From positions 86,480 to 150,479 of the forward strand of contig CAYOAM010000003.1 of assembly GCA_964402035.1 (NCBI GenBank): 64,000 nt of DNA, written 5' to 3'. This document shows, one piece after another, positions 1-8,969 of this stretch (position 1 is its first letter; each line of letters begins with the position of its first letter). Source of the stretch: an uncultured Candidatus Saccharibacteria bacterium. Lineage in GTDB: Bacteria; Patescibacteriota; Minisyncoccia; Phycocordibacterales; UBA918. The position numbers and the translations under genes were made by a program. The notes beneath the pieces were generated by a model. It saw only the letters and a list, made by a program, of their open reading frames with translations, was not told the origin of the DNA and did no database searches.

Positions 1-362
1 CGTCCGTCGATGATGTATGTGGTGACTGCCTCCCCCACATCATAGGCAAAATCTAAATCTCGATCACGAAAAAGTATGTACTGGGTCGTAGGAGCCGTAT
101 CGATATGCACTCCATATCGCGAAGTAAAGATCGGTTGGCCTGACACATCAACATCCCCCCCGCGCACACTGACTCCCAAGACTTGAGCCTCACGGATCGC
201 GAGTGCTATCTCGTACGCACGGTTGCGGAGCAACAGCTCGCTATCAAAACTGGCAAATTGGGTAAGGAGGACGGCACCGAGGATGCCGACGATACTCAAA
301 ACGACAAGCATCTCCACTAGAGTGAAGCCGCGCTGCAAGACTTTTTGTGTAGAGCGATGCAT
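1..362 (-). CDS. Type IV pilin-like protein, 3' part cut by window edge
   Basis: Reverse strand from ATG at 362 translates MHRSTQKVLQRGFTLVEMLVVLSIVGILGAVLLTQF..., a class III prepilin leader plus hydrophobic helix. ORF runs off the window start. Confidence 0.6.
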   Translation of the reverse strand, partial: MHRSTQKVLQRGFTLVEMLVVLSIVGILGAVLLTQFASFDSELLLRNRAYEIALAIREAQVLGVSVRGGDVDVSGQPIFTSRYGVHIDTAPTTQYILFRDRDLDFAYDVGEAVTTYIIDG

Positions 363-363
363 A

Positions 364-1275
364 TCAATAGATGAAGCGACCCAAAAGCTCCGATACGAGG
401 AGAAATACGTCGACCGAGAGAAACTGCACCAACAGAAAGCCGACGATGAGAAACGGAGCAAATGGTATCTCACTTTTCATTGTAAGTGCGTTCCGAAATA
501 AACGTAAGTGCATTTGTCCCCTATTGTGTAGGGCGCGCGCACAGCGAACAAGACCCAAAAGTGTGAGGCCAACCGCTGCACCAATCCAAAACGACAGCAT
601 AATCATCGAAAGAACACCCGGCCATCCAACAATAAACCCGAGTGGTATCGCCAGTTTTGCATCTCCAAATCCCACCCACCTGCCCTTCGAAACAAACCAC
701 AAAAATGCAAAGAAGAGAAAACCAACTGCTCCACCGAGAAGGTGGTATGCCAGCATGTACACATCGGGGAGAAGGAAAAAATCTGTTGCCATAATAAGTA
801 TCCCCGTAATACTCGTAAGAATGATGAATTCATCAGGGATAATCGTATGAAGCATGTCGTAGACGATGATGAGCACTAACGCCGATATCAGTATGAGATG
901 CGGAAAGATTGATATACCCGAGAATGTATACGCAACAAAGAGAAACAGTAGTCCTGTCAAGAGTTCAACAGCGCTATAGCGGAGTGAAATGCGTGCGCCA
1001 CAATGTCCACAGCGCGCACGGAGTGCTAGGTATGAAAAAACGGGTACCAAATGCCACCACCGTAAATCCTTGCCACAGGAAAGACACCGTGACCTTCCCT
1101 GCAATGTCTTTCCGGTATGCAGTCGATACACCACCACATTGAGAAAACTCCCGATGATGAGCCCAAGGAGAAAAAAGAAAATGTAGCACCATACACTGAA
1201 TACGCCTTCGAGCGGTGCCAGCGGCGACACTCGAACTGATTCATATACTGCAGCTACAAGTCCTTCAAACATCAC
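364..1275 (-). CDS. pilD: Prepilin peptidase (A24 family)
   Basis: 303 aa, multi-TM, with the cytoplasmic Cys motif CLSCGKDLRWWHLVPVFSYLALRARCGHCGARI typical of PilD/GspO. Confidence 0.85.
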   Translation of the reverse strand: MMFEGLVAAVYESVRVSPLAPLEGVFSVWCYIFFFLLGLIIGSFLNVVVYRLHTGKTLQGRSRCLSCGKDLRWWHLVPVFSYLALRARCGHCGARISLRYSAVELLTGLLFLFVAYTFSGISIFPHLILISALVLIIVYDMLHTIIPDEFIILTSITGILIMATDFFLLPDVYMLAYHLLGGAVGFLFFAFLWFVSKGRWVGFGDAKLAIPLGFIVGWPGVLSMIMLSFWIGAAVGLTLLGLVRCARALHNRGQMHLRLFRNALTMKSEIPFAPFLIVGFLLVQFLSVDVFLLVSELLGRFIY

Positions 1276-1307
1276 TATATTTTACAGTACCATTGTACTT
1301 TCCCGAA

Positions 1308-1348
1308 TGAATAAGAAAATCAAAGGCATCCGTATTAGGATGCCTTTC
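1308..1348 (-). terminator. Rho-independent terminator-like hairpin downstream of first pilin gene
   Basis: 10-bp stem AAAGGCATCC/GGATGCCTTT with 6-nt loop, followed on the minus strand by a U-rich tract. Confidence 0.4.
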
Positions 1349-1399
1349 GCTTTAGTACATACACTATACAGTTTGCGTAGCCATGCTCTATAGAAAAAA

Positions 1400-1819
1400 C
1401 TATGGTCCGCAGACGTAGTCTAATGCAAGCGGATCTCCAGAGACAGAGGATGCAACGGAAATAACAGCGTTGCCTGCACTATCAACACAATAGTAGTCTG
1501 TAGATCCCTTTAATTGTGCCTCGAGTGCCCATAAATCGACATCTTCAACGCAGGTTTGACTTGGACTTCCAACAGTAACGGCGCCATTAATAAAAGTAAG
1601 TATTTTTGGATCAGTACAAAGCCCTACATAGGTATTGGCTATTTCATAAAATAATTGCCCTTGAGACCGCGCACTCTGAATATTTGATTTAATAGCAGCG
1701 TCTGCAGCCTTTGTGCGTGCCGTGTTTAAAGAAGCCAGCACAACCGACGCCAAGATACCAATAATTGCAATCACGACAAGGAGTTCGATAAGGGTAAACC
1801 CTTTAATTCTATTATTCAT
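1400..1819 (-). CDS. Type IV pilin (major pilin candidate)
   Basis: 139 aa. N-terminus MNNRIKG/FTLIELLVVIAIIGILASVVLASL is a canonical prepilin cleavage/methylation motif. Confidence 0.85.
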   Translation of the reverse strand: MNNRIKGFTLIELLVVIAIIGILASVVLASLNTARTKAADAAIKSNIQSARSQGQLFYEIANTYVGLCTDPKILTFINGAVTVGSPSQTCVEDVDLWALEAQLKGSTDYYCVDSAGNAVISVASSVSGDPLALDYVCGP

Positions 1820-1929
1820 AATAAGTTACTGATCTTACTCTTAATAATAACATGTCCGATACCCATGGAAATACAGACGTGTGCATGTCTAAATATAATT
1901 TTTATATCAACAGATTGTATAACTCACAA

Positions 1930-1962
1930 AACAGCAAAAAAACCGCTTTCGCGGTCTTTTTG
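1930..1962. terminator. Bidirectional terminator-like hairpin between the two pilin genes
   Basis: ACCGC-TTTC-GCGGT hairpin flanked by an A-run and a T-run. Confidence 0.4.
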
Positions 1963-1983
1963 TTTCTTGTTGCTTACTACCAA

Positions 1984-2475
1984 TTATTCAACACAAGCAC
2001 CTGCCGCAACCTCTGCCGTTACGCCAGCCTGATCATTTGTGGCTATAGTCACTTGTTTCGACTTGCCAGTACTGTCAACACACCAACCTGTGAGTGGGTT
2101 GGTTTTTAATTGCGTCACGACTGCATAAGCAGCTTGATTGGCACTCGAACTGCAAGCATTTAGCCCTGCACTCGCAGCCTTAGCACTGTTGATCAACGTC
2201 AATACTTGGGGTTCCGCAAAAATAGCATCAGCCGACGCTGCGCAAGCACCAGCTGCAATTGCAGCAGCTGCGCAAGCACCAGCACCATCCCCATAACAAC
2301 TTCCTCGGTCAAACTCTATCTCAGCTTGAGAGCGTATTGCTGACATTTCTGACTTTACTTTTGCATCAGCACCCTTTGATCGTGCAGTATTGAGCGAAGC
2401 CAACACAACCGAAGCCAAGATACCGATAATAGCGATCACGACGAGGAGTTCGATAAGGGTGAAACCTCTTTTCAT
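1984..2475 (-). CDS. Type IV pilin, paralog of 1400..1819
   Basis: MKRG/FTLIELLVVIAIIGILASVVLASLNTARSKGAD... The N-terminal 35 aa are near-identical to the neighbouring pilin, with a divergent Ala/Cys-rich C-terminus. Start at the second Met (weak AAAGAG SD); the ORF could extend to 2499. Confidence 0.8.
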   Translation of the reverse strand: MKRGFTLIELLVVIAIIGILASVVLASLNTARSKGADAKVKSEMSAIRSQAEIEFDRGSCYGDGAGACAAAAIAAGACAASADAIFAEPQVLTLINSAKAASAGLNACSSSANQAAYAVVTQLKTNPLTGWCVDSTGKSKQVTIATNDQAGVTAEVAAGACVE

Positions 2476-2626
2476 ACTCTTTTTTATATTAATAGACATA
2501 ATTGATCTAGATGTTACTAAAACTCTTTATTAGCTAATGTTTACCACGAGTTTAGTGGTTCCCCCCATTATACGCCTTTCCCAACGGGTTTTCCGTTACC
2601 CTGTGGAAAACAAATCTTTTGTATGC

Positions 2627-3835
2627 CTAGATTCCCGAAGCAATATTGTAGATTGGCATCAAGATAGCGGAAAGGAGGATGCCGACACCGACACCGAGCG
2701 CTACAATCATGGCTGGCTCGATGAGGTTGATGACGGTATCAACGGCGTTGTTGACCTCACGACGATAGAACTTTGCCAAAGTCTCCAAAATCTTTGAAAG
2801 ATTGCCCGTCTCCTCACCCACCTTGATCATCTGCGACATCACGCCAGGGATTTCGGGAAATTCTCCGAAAGAATCAGATACTGACTTTCCCGCCTTCACA
2901 TCAGCAATCACATCTTCAAGCATGCTTCGATACACTTTGTTGCCAACAAGATCTGCCGTAATCTCAAGTGTTTGCACCATGGAAAGCCCACTCGCAAGGA
3001 GCGTTGAGAACGTGTCCGCTATGCGCGAAAGATAGAGTTTGGTGAAGAGATCTCCAATGTATGGCACCGATAACTTGAGTTCGTCGAGTGCTCGCGCACC
3101 CACCTCCGTGCGCACAAAGCGCCACAGCATCACGGCTCCGATACCTAAGAAAATAAGAATGAATACGATGTAACTGGTGAGAAAATGTGAGAGACCAATG
3201 ATTAATTTCGTGAATAACGGCAATTCCTGACTTGTACCTTCAATAATTTCCGCCAGGCGCGGGATCACCATCGTAAGCATCAGCACCATCACCGTAACAA
3301 AGGTAAAAATCACAAAGGCAGGATAGATGAGTGCGTTGCGTGCCTTGCTCATGACCTCGTACGTTCGGTCGAGGTTGTCTGCAAGCTGCATAAAGACTTG
3401 ATCAAGACGGCCCGACTCCTCACCGGCGCGCACCATGTTGACATAGAAAGATGAAAATGTGTCTGGGTGGCGATTGAGTGCTTTTGAAATGGTGCTTCCC
3501 CCTTGGATATCGTCCGCCACTTCGGTCAAGATACGCTGCAGCATGGGGTTTTCAGCTTCTGACGAGAGGAGACGAAATACGCGGAGCGCAGACACTTGTG
3601 CTTCAAAGAGGGTTGCTATTTGGCGTGAAAAAATAACAATTTCCTTGTTTGAAATGTGTTCGAGAAAGGTGAATTGGATATTTAAAATACCTGTTTTCTC
3701 TGCAAGAGGGTCGATGGCCGTTACGGTGTAGCCACGACGCTGGAGTGAACTGATGGCTACATCAATATTTGAGGCATCGATAGTGCCTTCACGCTTGCTT
3801 CCTTCCTTATCTAGTGCTTTGTAACTAAAAAGCAT
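2627..3835 (-). CDS. pilC: Type IV pilus inner-membrane platform protein (GspF family)
   Basis: 402 aa with a duplicated GspF-like domain architecture and 3-4 TM segments. Confidence 0.9.
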   Translation of the reverse strand: MLFSYKALDKEGSKREGTIDASNIDVAISSLQRRGYTVTAIDPLAEKTGILNIQFTFLEHISNKEIVIFSRQIATLFEAQVSALRVFRLLSSEAENPMLQRILTEVADDIQGGSTISKALNRHPDTFSSFYVNMVRAGEESGRLDQVFMQLADNLDRTYEVMSKARNALIYPAFVIFTFVTVMVLMLTMVIPRLAEIIEGTSQELPLFTKLIIGLSHFLTSYIVFILIFLGIGAVMLWRFVRTEVGARALDELKLSVPYIGDLFTKLYLSRIADTFSTLLASGLSMVQTLEITADLVGNKVYRSMLEDVIADVKAGKSVSDSFGEFPEIPGVMSQMIKVGEETGNLSKILETLAKFYRREVNNAVDTVINLIEPAMIVALGVGVGILLSAILMPIYNIASGI

Positions 3836-3838
3836 ATG

Positions 3839-4909
3839 TTACAGGAGTCGTTTTAGTGACTTTGGGTTGACCGAGTACGCAAAAGCATTTTCAACGGTAA
3901 TCTCGCCTTTGTGTACCAATTCTGCCAATGAGCGATTCATCTCGATCATGCCGTGCTCAGAGCCAGTCTCAATGACAGTATTGACCTCGTGAGTACGTCG
4001 CTCGCGAATGAGGTTTGCGACCGCACTGTTGTTGATCAAAAGCTCGTACGCAGGGATAAGCCCACCCGCAATGCGGGGCACAAGACGTTGTGAGAAGATA
4101 CCCAAAAGTGAACCTGCGAGCTGGACACGGATCTGGTCCTGCTGACCTGCAGGGAATGAGTCGATAATACGATCAATGGTTTGTGCGGCGCTGTTGGTGT
4201 GGAGTGTTGAAAGGACCAGGTGCCCTGTTTCAGCAGCAGTCACAGCAGTCCCAATAGTCTCAGGAGAGCGCATTTCTCCCACCATAATGACGTCGACGTC
4301 TTGGCGAAACGCCGAATGGAGCGCTGCATGAAAATCGACCGTATCGACACGTACTTCACGCTGGTCGATGAGTGAGCGTTTTGGCTCAAAAATGTACTCG
4401 ATCGGATCTTCGATGGTGACAATATGTTCTGCCTTGGAGCTATTGATAATATCGACCATCGCCGCAAGTGTCGTCGATTTGCCTTGTCCCACTGGACCCA
4501 CACAGAGAAAGAACCCTTGTGGACGCGCAGCAAAACTCTCGAGGATCGGCGGCAGTGCAAGCTCAGTCAACGTGCGGATCTTGTTCGGGATATGACGAAG
4601 AGCGACCGATACGCCGCCACGCTGGAAAAAACCATTGCCACGAAAACGAACACCATCGCGATATGCATATGAAAAATCGACTTCTTTGGTTGCCAAGAAA
4701 TCTTTCATCTGCTCCTCATTGAGAAAAACCTCAACAAAGCCCATAGCATCCGCTTCGGTCAAGACTGGTTTTTTGAGAAGCGGAATCAATGACCCCGAGA
4801 CACGGATCATAGGATGACTCCCGACTGAAAGGTGCAAGTCAGAACCACCTTCAGACACGACAATGTCAATTAGTTCATCACGCTCCCCTTTGTAATCAAC
4901 GCTCGACAT
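3839..4909 (-). CDS. pilT: Twitching-motility retraction ATPase
   Basis: 356 aa, Walker A GPVGQGKSTT, Asp box and His box. Short PilT-type protein without the GspE N-terminal domain. Confidence 0.9.
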   Translation of the reverse strand: MSSVDYKGERDELIDIVVSEGGSDLHLSVGSHPMIRVSGSLIPLLKKPVLTEADAMGFVEVFLNEEQMKDFLATKEVDFSYAYRDGVRFRGNGFFQRGGVSVALRHIPNKIRTLTELALPPILESFAARPQGFFLCVGPVGQGKSTTLAAMVDIINSSKAEHIVTIEDPIEYIFEPKRSLIDQREVRVDTVDFHAALHSAFRQDVDVIMVGEMRSPETIGTAVTAAETGHLVLSTLHTNSAAQTIDRIIDSFPAGQQDQIRVQLAGSLLGIFSQRLVPRIAGGLIPAYELLINNSAVANLIRERRTHEVNTVIETGSEHGMIEMNRSLAELVHKGEITVENAFAYSVNPKSLKRLL

Positions 4910-4911
4910 AA

Positions 4912-5298
4912 TTATTCTTTCTTTTTCTTATGGGCAAAGACTGATTTTACTTGGGCGACAACTTCACTCGGAATCACATTTGCTTTGATAATGTACCCGT
5001 CAGCGCCTAATGCTTTTGCCTCTTCGACATCTTCTTTCTCACCCTGGTTTGAAAGGACAATACACACCGGATCTGCACCGAGCGACTCGGACTTTATGGC
5101 ACGCAAAAGATCCATGCCATTGAGATGCGGCATGATCATATCCAGAAGTACAATGTCGTATGTTTTTCCTCCACGCAATTTTGAAAGTGCTTCTTCAACA
5201 CTCTTTGAGGTGTCTACATTAAACTCAGACTCGCCAAACTTGACCGCGTACATATCGAGTAAAAAAGAATCATCGTCAACGATCAGAATTTTTTCCAT
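4912..5298 (-). CDS. Single-domain response regulator (CheY-like receiver)
   Basis: MEKILIVDDDSFLLDMY...DIVLLDMIMPHLNGMDLL...GYIIK receiver signature. Start chosen at the internal Met, 7 nt after the pilB stop. Confidence 0.75.
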   Translation of the reverse strand: MEKILIVDDDSFLLDMYAVKFGESEFNVDTSKSVEEALSKLRGGKTYDIVLLDMIMPHLNGMDLLRAIKSESLGADPVCIVLSNQGEKEDVEEAKALGADGYIIKANVIPSEVVAQVKSVFAHKKKKE

Positions 5299-5305
5299 AT
5301 AAATA

Positions 5306-7126
5306 TTATACTGCTTCAGCCGCAATATCTCGAGTAATGTTATCGACACGTGCTTGAGCCTTCTCTTCTTCTGCTTCAGGGTCTTCTGCCAAAAGCGCTC
5401 CACCCAGAGAATTTATCTCTTCAAAGGGAATCTCATGATTCATCGCTTTAATCATCGCATCTTCGCGCATGGAGATAAAACCATGTGCGCGTGCAACTTT
5501 GTACATCTCTTCTTCTGAACCACCTTTCAAGATGAGCTGCTCAAGTTCATCCGTAATCTCAAATGCCTCCATGACCGCCATACGTCCACGTGTACCATTG
5601 GGACATTCTTTGGTGGCAGCTGCACGAAGCACGCTCATAGAGCTCGGTATAATCCCCCGATGCTCTGCGGGCAAATCGACAAACTGCGCGTCGATCATTG
5701 CCTTGAGGCTGCCCTTGAGCGACAACTCTTTTCCTGAATTAGGACAGATCTTTTTTACCAATCGCTGCGCCATAGCGAGTATCAATGTCGGTGCAATAAG
5801 ATACGGATCAACACCCATGTCGATCAGGCGCGGTACCACACCAATACTGTTGTTGGTGTGAATCGTTGAAAGTACTAAATGTCCGGTGAGCGCAGCTTGG
5901 ATCGCGAGCTGCGCCGTCTCTTTATCGCGGATTTCTCCCACCATGATAATGTCGGGGTCCTGACGCAAGACAGTACGAAGTCCGTTGGCAAACGTATAGC
6001 CAATCTCGGGACGCATCTGCGACTGACTCACGCCATCGATCTTGTACTCAACCGGATCCTCGAGCGATATCACATTTTTTCCAATCCGATCAACCTCATT
6101 TAGCATGGCGTAGAGCGTCGTAGATTTTCCCGAACCGGTAGGTCCTGAAATAAGGACAATGCCATACGGCTGGCGTACCGCCTTCTTTATGAGGTCAAGC
6201 TGGTACTTGGAGATACCAATGTCTTCCAAGGTGCGTACCCCACTCTCCGGGTCCAAAATACGCATCACGACCTTTTCGCCGTACTGTGTAGGGAGTGTCG
6301 AAACACGAAAATCAATCTTTCGATTGTCGATGGTCGCTGAAAAGCGTCCGTCTTGTGGTTTGCGCTTTTCGTCAAGGCGCAAGGACGAGAGAATTTTGAC
6401 ACGTGCCACGATCGCCGTCTGCACTTTCATAGGAAGTTCAATGCTCGTAGCCAGCACACCATCGACACGAAAACGTACACGTACTTTTTCTTCCGTTGGT
6501 TCGATATGAATATCCGAAGCATGGCCATCGACGGCGTAACGGAGAATCGTCGCCACGATACGAGTCACCGGTGCATCTTCCTTGATGATCTCTTTGGCAT
6601 TACCGGGTGTTTTCTCTTCTTCTTTTTCGCGTGTACGCTCCTCTGATTCGCTCGTGAGCTCTGTTTCAAGGTCAGTCAAAGCCTCGTCGACCTCTCCGGT
6701 GATATTGGCATACATTTCAAGCACTTTTTCCAAATCTTGCTCCAAAATGAGCATGAGCTTGTAGGGCAAGGCATTTTTTGATGATATGAAGTTTAAGGCA
6801 TCAAGAGCAGTGAGGTTATCGGGGTCTGTGACCCCAACTTCCAATACCCCATCTTTCTCTTCGAGCGGTACCAGGCGGTAGTGTCTCGCAGACTCCTCCG
6901 GTAAATAGCGCAAAATAGCTGGAGCAATTTTTTCCTGTGGCTGCAACCTTCGTGTCGGTAATCGATAGTATTCTCCTAATGCCGCCAGAAGCACATCGGG
7001 GTCAATGCCATTTTTCATGAGCGCACTCTCTAGTTTTGCGCTATTACCACCCGACTCAGCCAAAACAGCATCCGCAACCTCCTGCGTTAAAAGATTCTTC
7101 TCTTTGAGAGTATCGAGGATATGCAT
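5306..7126 (-). CDS. pilB: Type IV pilus assembly (extension) ATPase, GspE family
   Basis: 606 aa with N-terminal T2SSE_N-like domain, Walker A GPTGSGKSTT and GspE His/Asp boxes. Confidence 0.9.
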   Translation of the reverse strand: MHILDTLKEKNLLTQEVADAVLAESGGNSAKLESALMKNGIDPDVLLAALGEYYRLPTRRLQPQEKIAPAILRYLPEESARHYRLVPLEEKDGVLEVGVTDPDNLTALDALNFISSKNALPYKLMLILEQDLEKVLEMYANITGEVDEALTDLETELTSESEERTREKEEEKTPGNAKEIIKEDAPVTRIVATILRYAVDGHASDIHIEPTEEKVRVRFRVDGVLATSIELPMKVQTAIVARVKILSSLRLDEKRKPQDGRFSATIDNRKIDFRVSTLPTQYGEKVVMRILDPESGVRTLEDIGISKYQLDLIKKAVRQPYGIVLISGPTGSGKSTTLYAMLNEVDRIGKNVISLEDPVEYKIDGVSQSQMRPEIGYTFANGLRTVLRQDPDIIMVGEIRDKETAQLAIQAALTGHLVLSTIHTNNSIGVVPRLIDMGVDPYLIAPTLILAMAQRLVKKICPNSGKELSLKGSLKAMIDAQFVDLPAEHRGIIPSSMSVLRAAATKECPNGTRGRMAVMEAFEITDELEQLILKGGSEEEMYKVARAHGFISMREDAMIKAMNHEIPFEEINSLGGALLAEDPEAEEEKAQARVDNITRDIAAEAV

Positions 7127-7145
7127 ACCACGATCACACTAGACA

Positions 7146-7451
7146 CTACTTCTTTTTTGGGTTGACCGGCAAGAATGGATTCTCACGCCCAGCGTCTTCT
7201 GGGATGTCAGGTTTGCGAATATCATCAAGTGAAGTGAACCGAGGATCGCTAAGAACATCACCTTTGAGCTCTATAGCTTTGAGCTGCTGCAGGGTTGCAA
7301 GAAATTCTTGTGCGCTCAACAGTGCCTCGCTCGTCGCAGCACCACTCACGGACGTCGCCGCATCATCAGTCTGAATAAAGACAACATACCCAAGATAGAG
7401 AATGACTGCGAGGCCGAGAGCGAGTAGTAAGTTACGAATGAGTCCTGACAT
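7146..7451 (-). CDS. Small membrane-anchored hypothetical protein in pilus operon (PilP-like position)
   Basis: 101 aa, N-terminal TM helix, Ser/Ala-rich. Synteny only; no family recognised. Confidence 0.45.
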   Translation of the reverse strand: MSGLIRNLLLALGLAVILYLGYVVFIQTDDAATSVSGAATSEALLSAQEFLATLQQLKAIELKGDVLSDPRFTSLDDIRKPDIPEDAGRENPFLPVNPKKK

Positions 7452-7454
7452 AGA

Positions 7455-8054
7455 TTATTTTGCTACACTGTTTACAAATGCATAGGTACGAAGTGTGATA
7501 TCGAATGTCATAAGATCACCTTCTGAGGCAGTAAATGTGAGATCCGTGACATCCAAAAACACCAGACTTTTTTCAAGATCGATCATCAGGGCGCGAAAAT
7601 CCTCGTACGTACCAAGAAGCCCAAGCTTAATATCGCGCGACGTATAGTGCTTTGGCACTTCTCCTTCAGGAGTAACGCCAACACTTGCTTCCGCAGCTGC
7701 TGCAGCGCGGCTACCCTTTGGAGCAACTTCCTTTGATTTTTCAACACTCACACTCGTGAGTGAGATTTTATGCATTCGCGTGAGCTCGTCCAAGTCTCGC
7801 ACGAGCGCTACTTCCTTGACCTCTGTCGGCAACATGGTCTTGAGGTTATCCATCGCCACCGGATCAAAACTCTTCATAAGATTGATTTTTCGCACCAACT
7901 CAGCTTGAAGAGCATCAGCTTGCTGTATGGCTTCGTCATATTCTGCCGACTGTTTCTGCACCTCCTTTACCGATTCAAACGTCGGTTTGATATACGTAAA
8001 ACCGAGACCGATGGCGATCAAGATTGCGATAATAGGTGCTAGTGCTTTAAACAT
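7455..8054 (-). CDS. pilO: PilO-like pilus assembly protein
   Basis: 199 aa, N-terminal TM helix then coiled coil. Position between pilN and pilB. Confidence 0.6.
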   Translation of the reverse strand: MFKALAPIIAILIAIGLGFTYIKPTFESVKEVQKQSAEYDEAIQQADALQAELVRKINLMKSFDPVAMDNLKTMLPTEVKEVALVRDLDELTRMHKISLTSVSVEKSKEVAPKGSRAAAAAEASVGVTPEGEVPKHYTSRDIKLGLLGTYEDFRALMIDLEKSLVFLDVTDLTFTASEGDLMTFDITLRTYAFVNSVAK

Positions 8055-8055
8055 A

Positions 8056-8742
8056 TTATGGATTTTGTACTTCGGTCACGGGAACCGTATCTGTCACAGG
8101 GTTTGGATCAAGGATGTCACCCTCATTTTCCTCTATATCTGGCAATACCTCGTAAGCCACAGCCTTTGGATCGAGTTCGGATGATACCTTAAACGTAATT
8201 TTGTCGTCTTCTTCGTCCTCGCCGGGCGTTATGGTTAAATCAGAAAAAATGAGGGAGCCCTCCTCAAACGATTTTTCTTCCTTGAACCCACGCTCTTGAA
8301 GGACGATGGTATTAAAGGTCGGTCCTGAACCAGCAAGCGCTACTTTTGCGGTACCAGATTCTTCACGTTTGAAACTAAAGCTAGTGAGCTCAACCTTTCC
8401 TTGTGTGCGCACCTCCAAGGCATCAAAAAGTCGTGTTAGTGAGAGATGCTGATTGAGGAGCAGATTCGCCGTTTGAAACTTATAGTCAAGATTGCGAATT
8501 TCCTCAATATTGGTCTGAGGAAATTTTGAGCGTTTTTCCGTAAGCGCTATTTTTTTTGCGGCCAAATCGTCCGCATTGTACTTTTTGTAAAAGAAGACCC
8601 CGACCGAAAGAGCGAGTGTTGCCAAAAAAATGGTCGTTGAGATAAAGGTGAGTACGTTGAAACTGCGGTGTTGACGTGAACCGCCAGCTGCGGGACCTGC
8701 AGACTGCTTTGGAATGAACGATGTTTGCGGAGTTGGAGGCAT
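8056..8742 (-). CDS. pilN: PilN-like pilus assembly protein
   Basis: Single TM, coiled coil, acidic C-terminus. Start set at internal Met 8742 (MPPTPQTS...); the longer ORF to 8835 would run into the palindrome. Confidence 0.6.
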   Translation of the reverse strand: MPPTPQTSFIPKQSAGPAAGGSRQHRSFNVLTFISTTIFLATLALSVGVFFYKKYNADDLAAKKIALTEKRSKFPQTNIEEIRNLDYKFQTANLLLNQHLSLTRLFDALEVRTQGKVELTSFSFKREESGTAKVALAGSGPTFNTIVLQERGFKEEKSFEEGSLIFSDLTITPGEDEEDDKITFKVSSELDPKAVAYEVLPDIEENEGDILDPNPVTDTVPVTEVQNP

Positions 8743-8791
8743 TGTTACCAGTATAAAGATAATGTGTCTGTATTGATAGCAAACGATGTGG

Positions 8792-8841
8792 ACATGAATG
8801 CACGGTGTGCCAAAATATTTTGGCACACCGTGCATTCATGT
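8792..8841. promoter_or_regulatory. 50-bp perfect palindrome in the pilM-pilN intercistronic region
   Basis: ACATGAATGCACGGTGTGCCAAAAT|ATTTTGGCACACCGTGCATTCATGT, verified base by base. No flanking U-run. Confidence 0.6.
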
Positions 8842-8969
8842 AGATAATTCTAAGCACACTAAAAATTTCAGATACGAGGCGCCAAGGAACGAGGACCCGA
8901 GTCGTACCTGATGTACGGTGAGCGGTACGAGTGACGATGGTAACGACGTAGATGGATTTTTTGGTGTGC

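Noticed and set aside
223-501. 92-aa plus-strand ORF
   Set aside because: Antisense to the well-supported pilin and pilD genes, with no SD. Spurious.
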